From contig OZ234493.1 of assembly GCA_965153455.1 (NCBI GenBank), positions 26,588,213 to 26,652,212 on the forward strand: a stretch of 64,000 nt of DNA, given 5' to 3'. Position numbers and translations under genes: made by a program. Below the pieces are notes generated by a model that was not told where the DNA came from, did not search any database, and saw only the letters and a program-made list of their open reading frames with translations. This stretch comes from Sphagnum compactum (lineage: Eukaryota). Of this stretch, positions 54,701-64,000 are shown piece after piece. The first letter of the stretch is position 1; each line of letters begins with the position of its first letter.

Positions 54701-55978
54701 GAGGGGCATTATTGTGAAAATGTCCACATGGATTTTCTTTTGGACTTGACTGAGTACTTGCATTGCATCATGGGAATGCAGGCGGAAAGTGCTGTTGAGT
54801 GATACTGTTGGTTTCATCTCTGATCTCCCAGTACAGGTAACATTCGTTACCAGTTCTTAATGAGAATGGCTTATTTGTTCTGCTGACACGGGAATCTGCT
54901 TATTGAGGTTTTAGAGTGTATATAAGAAATTTAGTGAGTTCACAAATGCATGTAAATGTTCCAATACAAGTCTGGATGGGAAAGGGTGGAGAAGAGTGAT
55001 CTCCTTTTGCATCTTGTGAAAGTTGACTGACAAGGTCGTCACCTGCTCACAGCTAGTGGAGGCATTCCAAGCAACACTGGAGGAAGTTGTTGAAGCAGAT
55101 TTTCTGTTGGTAAGTCTTTTCTCTAGTTCTGAAATGAACTCTACCAACATGATCCTTACTTTGGGTGAGACTTATACTAGTTCCAGAATCTATTCTTGAA
55201 TGTTTCATCTGTTGGTTGAATGACAAAACAGAAGCACTTGTTTCCTATCTGAGAATGCTTGATGCTTGAGTCTTTGCAGCATGTGATTGACAGCAGTGCA
55301 GCAAACGTAGATGAGCAGCGAGAGGCAGTTCTAGATGTGCTCAAGGGAATTGGTGTTCCCAAGGCCAAATTGGAAAGCTGTATGGTGGAAGCTTGGAACA
55401 AGGTCCCTCCATAAACCCTCTCCAATGTAAACTCACAGAGGACAATACTTGAACGTGAAAGCTCTAGGCTGTGCACTCTACAGATCTCAAATACATTGTG
55501 AGACAGATGCCCATAAATAATGACTATGTTTAAAGACTATAATGGTTGAATATCAATTATGGATTTTGAATTGTCCTTTTCTCTCTTAAAGTCCTGCTGA
55601 GAAGTATCACTAACTGTGGGATTGCAATAGCAGGTGGATCTTATTGAAGGTGTATCGACCTTCGAGGATCACAGTAGTCTTCTTCTGGCCAAAGACACAG
55701 ATCCTTCTCCCACTGAACAAGAAGAATCATCAAATTCAAACCTTTTCTCAAAGGATGATGAGGTTATGAGCAATGGAGTAACTGCAGGACTGGGGAAAAG
55801 AGATGAAAGGGTGATATTAGGGTTGGGATGGTCACAGGGAGGAATGTCAAGAGTGAGCACCTCAGCTTCCAAAGGAATAGGGTTAGGAGCTCTGTTACAT
55901 CTACTTGATAAAAAGCTTGGTGAGGAATTAGCCCCACAGTTTGCAGCACATAAGTCTGGAGATGTGAGAGGATTATGA
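51797..55978 (+). CDS. hflX: HflX-family GTPase, organellar (At3g49725-like), 13 exons, ~563 aa
   Basis: Exons 51797-52256, 52382-52446, 52690-52752, 52924-53013, 53135-53250, 53492-53551, 53745-53895, 54265-54320, 54596-54646, 54782-54836, 55053-55109, 55280-55402, 55634-55978 join into one frame. Motifs: QQRNLE..WGKPVLDRVGLIIEIF.AHAQTKEAKLQVELA, GAGETELQLQRR, G1 GYTNAGKS, G2 LFATLD, G3 DTVGFI, G4 NKVD. The N-terminus is Arg/Ser/Leu-rich, like a presequence. Confidence 0.95.
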
Positions 55979-56799
55979 TAAGGTTTTTACCAGGGGTGTA
56001 ATTGAACATGAGAGCTGCAAACCATTTCTTTCTCCGACATTGGAAAACATCTAATAATAGTGAAAAGTACCAAACTGGAGTGAGCAATGAAGAACTTGTA
56101 ACTGTTAGTCTGGTCAACTTGATCATGTGTTGCACACTCCAATTACATGTCATATCAAGAAGTTTCAAGTGAAGCCCATAATAAAGCAGGTATTGCCCAT
56201 ATGTGATTCCTCCAGGTCTGTCCATTTGACCCCATCAGATGCTTGATTTCTATTGTGGGGGAGACTTAAGCTAGAGATGGCTACTAGAGTAATGGCTTCT
56301 AGATGATGTCTACTAGATGCAGCTGGAATATTTGATTGAATTATTGTGGATTGATTCTTGTTGAGGTAATTTTTGTTGTCCTGCTTTCTGGCAGAATGGT
56401 AACTTGCTTTGCGAAGTGCTGGGTGTTGAGATACAACTTTATGCACATGTTGAACTGGCCCCACACATTTTGCAAAGTTGTTTCTGAAAAGAAAAGAGGA
56501 GAGACCAATGGGGCTCAAGGTCCTACCAGGTTTTGTTACTCCACTGCCATCAGCAATTGGAGAACCTGTCAAGCACAGAAAATTATGTGCATTGACGGGC
56601 AACACATTCCTAACATAGCGCCTTCAGGATTATTTTTCCTGCTTTTACTATCAAGTCCCATTGCCTTGTGTTCCATGGATTTTCTGAGTGTCATGTGATT
56701 AGTTTACATTGTAACACAAACTTCCCTGTGGTACCCACTGTTAATGTAAAATGATTCTTCCCAGATGAGATGGCTTGCACCCTTGATCTAGTCCTTCAT

Positions 56800-57032
56800 T
56801 GTTGGAGAACCTTGTTATTACTATCATCATGAATGGTCACACGACATTACAAGGTCTTGGCAATATTCAATAAATTTGTACCATCTTGGTATTATTCATC
56901 CTTCACCCACTCTTTCATGTTGGAGAACCTTGTTATTACTATCATCATGAATGGTCACACGACATTACAAGGTCTTGGCAATATTCAATAAATTTGTACC
57001 ATCTTGGTATTATTCATCCTTCACCCACTCTT
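56800..57032. repeat. Perfect 115-bp tandem duplication, period 118
   Basis: 56800-56914 is identical to 56918-57032. Confidence 0.95.
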
Positions 57033-57426
57033 GCATGCTCAATTTGAGCCATGGTGAAGTTTAACTTGTTGGATGGTGCCGTTGAGTACATGGCACATAT
57101 GTTCTAAACATCCTATGCAATACTTTAATTTCCCATAACAACAATAGTCATTGAAGATTATGTAACCACCAAATTTCCTACAAACCAAATATTCTTTGAA
57201 TTCAATGTCCTTGATCTTTTGCATCCTTTCAAAAATCTCCTAATTGCATTATTGTGCCCAAGATTGATGGAACAAACCCCACTTTCAAGCATGTTCGTAA
57301 TCAATAGATCAAATAGTAAACCTCCATAGGAAGCAACTATTCTTTGTCGCCCTATGACTTGACAAAAATGAAAACAACACATAACATTTTTATACTATGT
57401 AATCCCTAAATTGGGTGAAAACCTTG

Positions 57427-58290
57427 TATATATATATAATCAAGGATGGAAATCTATCCACAAAAAGTACAAGGCATGTCAAAGCAAATATAAACACACG
57501 AAAGGAAAACTAAAACAATAGTAATGAAGTAGAAGATCTAATGTTAAAAGGGCATCCTTTGTCACAAATCAGCTAGTGATGGAGGTGCACTAACTAGTAT
57601 GTGTGGAAGAAATGAAGAACTATGACTAAGCATGGCAACTTAGTGAAAAATCATGATGGCTTACACATGTTGGAAGGCTATCAACATTTGTTGCTTATAA
57701 TAAGATATAAACATCGAAGATACCAAACTAGAAGTCTACTGATAGCAAGTTATATTGGCACACATAAGAAGTAAAAAAGGAATCAAAACAAGGATGGAGA
57801 CAACCATAGGTCTCTATGGCAAGGGGAATGAAATCCCAACGTTCATTTTGTGTAAAATCGTGCTTTGCTTTGAACGACAATTGTTGTTGCATGTGTTATT
57901 CTCATTAAAACGTGTTGCACCAAATTTGTACTAGTCAAATCGGCAATGACAACATTTTCCAAGGTCCAAAAATCGTTTCTAATGATGACAATATCCACTC
58001 GTCTTCATTTATGGCGAAGGAAAAGATGAGAAACCTCTCTCTGTACGTGAGCTCCACTTTCCAACACCATAGCTACAACGGTATTTCGAAAAGTATTTTA
58101 TAATGTGCTCACTCATGCATAGGCAATGTAACAAATGGATACCAAAATCATTAGTGGTATGATCACACTAACATTGTGAAAGATGTGCAATTATAGGATG
58201 TGGTATATTGAAACAAATATGTAACAATGTAAGGAAATGAACTGAGGACAAATGAAATGAAGGGGTGCTAGGACGAGCTAATAACTAAAC
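57427..58290 (-). mobile_element. 3' fragment of a CRE-like (RLE-type) non-LTR retrotransposon, decayed
   Basis: The minus strand gives a zinc-knuckle remnant (SQC*CDHTTNDFGIHLLHC), then VLESGAHVQREVSHLF..RRVDIVI...VVIAD...KARFY and FIPLAIETYGCL, matching a PD-(D/E)xK restriction-like endonuclease. The 3' UTR runs into (TA)n at ~57427-57438. Confidence 0.8.
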
Positions 58291-59559
58291 CCCTATTGCT
58301 GGACTTGCATAGGAATGAAAACGTGCTCACACAACATCCCGAAGGAGCCTTTGCTACAAGCAAAATAAATTCTTGTTTGTGTAGTTAGTTCATCAAAGAA
58401 AATTATATTTAATATGATTGCACCACTAGATTTTCAAAAGGCAAGACATGTGACTAAACCTAAAGTAACATCACACAGGTATCCCATAGTGCTACCTAAA
58501 AGGGAAAGTACTCGTTTCTACATGTGCCACTACATCAAGAAAAGTAGGGTGAACATTTTGCTAAAAACGAAAAACTAGTGCAAAAGTGATCAAAGCCCAA
58601 TATCTTAAGAAGATAGGAACAACACATTAGACCATTGAAAGAATGCCTAGCCCTTTTGAAGAAGCAAGAAGAATGACTGGATGACGAACCAAAATGGCCC
58701 ATTATGGTGCCAAAAGATGTTGAACCTAATAATTTCTCCAACATAACTATGGTACGAACATCAAATTCAGTGTAATGTTACAAAATACCTAGTGATCAAA
58801 ATACAATATGTTGTAAGTAGCCCAGCCACTAAGCATAACAAAAGAAAAACATTGCAAAAGCGCCCAACAAGGTAATACGCTCTTCGTACCATTGGAAAGT
58901 TTCAATATCAACAAGCTAGAAGTTGAAAAGCAAATGCTGCCAAAACATGTTCTAAATTTTTTTCATGCAAAATTCTTGTTGGGTTTTTTAATCTCCCTTC
59001 TGGCTCATTACAGATCTTATTAATGTTTATAAAAATCACATCTGCAACTATGTTTGTGTAACTTAGGGCGTGCAAGGTAATGAACACAAAATTAAAGTCT
59101 AGTCTTTGGAAGTTGCCACCGTTTCAGGGCCTGACAATTTTGATACTTGAAATTGGTGGGCCCTAAATTGAAGAACAAGAACAAAATCAAGTAGAAAATG
59201 ACCTAAATTTGCAACAACAGTAACCGTTCGAGGAAGTGGTGAGAGAATTGAAGCTGAGTTTCCCCATAACAGATCCTTAAGTCACTTCTTTCATATCCCC
59301 CAATTGTGTAGTTTCTTCTATTATGTCCTAAAGATTTTTGCACGACTGTAACATTGTGGTCCTAATAAACTTCATTCAAACTAGGTAAGTAGGTAGGTAG
59401 GTAGGTAGGTTAAAAGCCTTAACAATTTATGGTTTAAAGCTTCATTAGTTAATGTGTATAGGCATGGCAGACTTTGCAGTTTCACCAACATCAAAACATT
59501 GTAGGGTATCATAGGAGGATTCCAATATCATGATGATTTGTATGGACCATCATGAAACA

Positions 59560-60250
59560 TCACCCCTTCACTCGATGATTCCCATCGCATCTATTTTGCT
59601 TCATTCAGTTTCTTTAGTTGCACCTAGTTCATCCTCACATTTCACACATTGTCAACATCATCAGCCATGGGTTATTCTTCAATCATCTGTACCTACACCA
59701 GGGGCCTATCCATCCCATAACCATGTCTACATGTTCCTTGTCATAGTTGTGTCATTTATATGTAACAGGAACAAGTTTAACACGTCACCAGGCATCATGC
59801 ACCACACACAGGCAGTCGTTAGCTTCTAAGGTGCCAATGCCTTCAACATTACCATCTTTTCTTCCTTCTTCAGCTTGGACATGGATTGCATCATTAGATA
59901 TCATCAATGTTTTCCATCTTGGTTTACCACACCCTTGCTCATACCATCATATTCCATATGATCTTTGTGTTGAAGTTCAACGTGTTTTACACATCCCTTT
60001 AACTCGGTTGGTTATTGATTCATCTGACATAGCAACTTGGCATGCATTTTTGTTCTTCCATTCCTGGTGTTTTTATTTTCCGCCACAGGGTGGTGGAAAA
60101 GGCCACCAAAAGATTCACTCCTGTTTGTGTTAGTACATGGCAGAGGATTAGAAAACATTTCAAGAGGAGCATACGATTAGAACACAAGCATTGACTTCCC
60201 AAAGATCTTTAGAGATGGCACCGGATCCTACTCCATCTCCATCAACATGA
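59560..60250 (+). mobile_element. 5' ORF fragment of a CRE-like non-LTR retrotransposon, decayed
   Basis: Zinc-finger remnant CHSC..LYVTGTSLTRHQASC (with a frameshift), then WHAFLFFHSWCFYFPPQGG..GHQKIHSCL, resembling the W..L...P..GG block that precedes RT in CRE elements. Confidence 0.65.
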
Positions 60251-62838
60251 TTGCATCATGTCATTTTCATGGATATGGTATTTTACAACATTAATACTTA
60301 CAAATTACAATTGTTTTACATTTTTTGAAAAGAAAGGCGCCTTCCATTTTGAAATGTTGAAATGTTTAATACTTTTAAGCAATGGTTATGAAAGACATAA
60401 GTTGAAATCATCAATCCAATGCAACATTGATTTTGTATGTGTCAAACAACTAAGATGTTGGTGAAAAGATGCAATCACCACCAATTTTGCATTTGCATGA
60501 ATGTTTTCCAAGTACCATGTTGTAATGAACATTTCAAAATCTTTTGTACACAAAAATCAACAACTAAAATGTTAAGGAGCTTCACATTATAAATAATTTA
60601 ATAAAACATTGATCTGTGTAAGCTTGACAAGCATATGCAAACATGATGCTAGCACTATAACTTGACTTGTATACAACTACAAAATATCTGTGGATTTAAT
60701 GTTATAAAAGAACCTGTTTGTGGAAGTAGTATAATGAAACATAAACAAAATGCCTATTTTGTGGAACTAATGCATGTAGAATGTACCAAAGGACAATCAT
60801 GAAATTACAAATCTTATTAGTTGAGATCTTTCAAATGTAACATAAATTGCAAGGAGTTTTAATGCTATATTTTGAAAAATGTGGATAATCAATTTCAATT
60901 TTTTAACTATGGCACCATACCATTCTTAAACTTGTAGGATTCCAAACTCACATGATTGTGAAGTCATGCAATAAGTATAAAAGAATAAACAACACCATAT
61001 AGAAGAATTATAAAGCCCACACAACATGTGATACAATGGATCCCATTTCATCTCAAACCTTCTAGATTTTGGATTTCAAAGTACAACACTTCAGATTTGC
61101 TTTTGTCCACCCACCCCTGAACATCACACTTCACACTTGATTACATGAATTATAAAAGTTGCAAACTATTTTTTCCATTGTTGGCATATACAACCAATAC
61201 ATCATTTTATGTCAATCCTTTTGACTTGGAATTCCATCCATAACATTAAATATAAATTGTTGCTTGCATTCTAGGGGAAGAGATGTTGAGAATAAAACAT
61301 TTGATGTTCAAGAACAACGGAAGCTATCAAACATTGAAAGAAAAATATATTGTTTTGGCTTGTAAAAATTATTGCTAACCTCAAATCCACCTTGAATCCT
61401 CAATTAAAAGAATTTAATAAAAGGGCAATTTTTGCAAAGGACATTAAATTGTGATAGGTGGGACCCTAGCTACCTCATTTATCACAAAACCTCAAGTCGT
61501 GACTCACTAGGCCACTAAACCTATTCTATAGGTTATCCACACTTTACACTATAGGCCACCTAAGCTTTATTCTAGGCAACCTAAACTTTTTCACCTTAGG
61601 TTAGACCAATGGGGCTATGTTACATGCTACTTGCATTTTTCCTTGTAAGCCATCTAGCCTTTATCCAAAGCTACCTGGACTTTCAACATAGCTTGGCCAT
61701 TTTGGTATTTCATCTATTATTTGAATCTACATGCCATTACCCTAAAACAATAATAACTACTAAATTAAAAAAATTCTATATTTCTACAATTGATCTATTT
61801 TTTATCATTGAAGCAAACTGGAGGGCTACAACTTTGAGCATCAGAAGTAAATGAGCAACACAGCAAACACACGAAGAGAATGAGTGATAGTTTGCTTCAA
61901 AAATTTGAAAAAATAGCTCGATCCTTCTCTAGTTTCAGCCCCATATCTTCCTCATTATTAGTCTGTTTTGAGTGAATTAAAACTTAATGGGTGCATCAAC
62001 TAAGGGATTTATAAAACATCTTTGTGTTCCAGAGACAAAAACACAATGATCAAAGATATTAAAGCTCGAAATCTTAATCAAATCACCCATCATTGAACAC
62101 TGAACCCCCTTACACCAAACACCCCACATCTTCTCGCATCCCTTATCGAATTGAGCAATTCTCATTGCATGGAAGCTCTAGACGAAGGGTTACAAATGTT
62201 CTTTGAGCTTCAGAAGCAGAGAAACAATGTCTGAGGATTCGACTTCCTTTGCCTTCTTTAAGTGTTCATTCATTGGAGCATCTACATTAACTCACCCCTC
62301 ATTATTCCCCTTCTCACTCCTCTAGGACGCCTAATTACTTCTTATGGCCAATCAAGCTTACTTTGTCATTAATTAGTCTAATGATTGATTTCAGGTTTTT
62401 GGATAAGTTTTGACATGTATCTCTATTTTATTTTCAGTTAAAATTAAAATGACGAGTCGCCACTTTTTCTGTGCTCTTACACTCAGGGGAGCCACCTTGA
62501 CATTTTTTGTGTTTTTAATCCTTTTATAAAATAAAAAAACACTGCCAGGGACGTTCCATAATACACGACAACAGTCAAAGGATGTGATAAAAACACATTT
62601 TGTGGATGAACCTCAACTGAGTTAATATTTGGTTTCACCTTGGTAACCAATTCTGTAGGAAATAGGTCTCTCATATATATAAGTAGATAGGTTAGAAAAA
62701 TAGGTAACTACTAGGTAAGTAGATGGTTTAAAGTTTAAACATATGTAAGGGCTTTTTTTACTACCTACCTACTAACAACCTGCTTTGTAGGGTTGTTAGT
62801 TTACTTAAGTAGAAAAAGAAAGCAACTGAGGTAATAAT

Positions 62839-62942
62839 CACCATGGTTAGCTAGGGAACTGGAACCCAACAGAAAACTGTTTCCTGACCACTTTCCATTC
62901 ATCCTTCATGGGGCGCTGGTGGGTGCTGGTTCACTGTGGCCA
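62839..62942 (+). repeat. 104-bp dispersed element, copy 2 (upstream of QSOX)
   Basis: The first 47 bp are identical to 51443-51489, with 10 mismatches in the remaining 57 bp. Confidence 0.92.
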
Positions 62943-63043
62943 CTTACAGCCACTGGTGCTTTCCATTGACAAGTCCCGTTTGTCCTTTCGCTCTGTGTCT
63001 GGTGAAGGTGTATTGGAGGAGTACGCTCACTGCAGTGCAGTGA

Positions 63044-63345
63044 ATGAGTGTCCCCGGTCCCCGCCACTCGTGGATGCAGCGACGACGGTGGGCGATGAGG
63101 AGGGGCGGAGGAGCATGGCAATCACCGCCCTCCATGGTGCTGCGTCTTCTGTTTCCAGTGCTTTTTTCGGTGTTGCTCACCTCGCTCGAGGGTGGGAACG
63201 CCGCTCGCTGGGGCAGCGGATCTGCCGTAGACGACGGTGCCCTCACGTCGGGAGACTTAGTTCCCGCTCTCAACGCCGAGACTTTCAATTCCAGCTTGTT
63301 GGCAGCGCCTGCGAACTGGGCTCTTGTGGAATTCTACGCCAACTG
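63044..63345 (+). CDS. QSOX: First coding exon of a quiescin sulfhydryl oxidase (QSOX), thioredoxin-domain secretory protein; the gene continues past the window
   Basis: A hydrophobic signal stretch (LRLLFPVLFSVLLTSL) is followed by LNAETFNSSLLAAPANWALVEFYANW, which ends at a GT donor (63346) just before the expected WCxxC. The start ATG is uncertain (63044, 63074, 63095 or 63134). A PDI-family identity is not fully excluded. Confidence 0.75.
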
Positions 63346-64000
63346 GTCAGTGTGCATCTCTGTAGTTCTCTTCTACTTATGAATGTCTCTGTATGTCATC
63401 GAATATCCTGTTGTTTTCTGCCTTTGTGGGCCTGTGTCTGTTTGTGTATCGAGAGGGTTGCTTTGTCGTTTATAACATTTTAAATCGGGAATCCTGCGTG
63501 TGACCAAGCAGATCTCATACCTAGTCTCAGCTTGTTGACAGTCCCCGGCTAGTTACCATCCAATTTCAACTTTGCCTAGAAAATTAGGGTTTCCAACATG
63601 TAGGAGATTTTGAAAATCCGTCTTGTTGGAAACAGTAGGTTCCTCTGTCTCATCGAGTGTGTTATTGACGTTCTTGAGATTCTGCTCTAGCTGGGAATCA
63701 AATGCAGAATATAAAGGTGAGTTGGCCTGCACCACCCGTGGATGTGGATAATACATAGGATCCATCCAGATCTGCCACCTAGAGACCATGAGAAATGGTG
63801 ATTCTTGAGAAATCAGTGGCTCCAACATTTTCATGTTTGTGGAATTCATTCTTTGGGAGCAATATCTTTTTCCCATTCGGATATTGCAATCACAAATTTC
63901 CTTAGCTGGGATTTGTGTCGGAAATTGTAATATTGATGACTGTTTCAACCAGCTACATTTCTTGACTGAGTATTCCAATTGCTTCCAGAAATGTGACAGA

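Noticed and set aside
62908-63483. 191-aa ORF
   Set aside because: It is an alternative frame over the QSOX exon and intron, with no recognisable motif.

Overview
Eukaryotic, intron-containing plant DNA. The gene content and repeat style suggest a bryophyte such as Sphagnum, which is an inference. About 1-40 kb is an AT-rich graveyard of decayed transposons: a non-autonomous Helitron with two 3' ends, several CACTA-type and other TIR elements filled with minisatellites, and a degenerate 5'-truncated Ty3/Gypsy element on the minus strand. An intact CpG-rich orphan ORF sits at ~9 kb. About 43-64 kb holds three + strand host genes: an 11-exon MiaA/IPT9-type tRNA dimethylallyltransferase, a 13-exon organellar HflX-family GTPase with one GC-AG intron, and exon 1 of a QSOX sulfhydryl oxidase. 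Fragments of a CRE-type (RLE) non-LTR retrotransposon lie between hflX and QSOX. The main leads are that miaA and hflX are neighbours in the order and orientation of the bacterial miaA-hfq-hflX operon, that the IPT appears to have lost several conserved basic residues, and that one 104-bp element precedes both the HflX and QSOX genes. All family assignments come from motif recognition; no searches were run.
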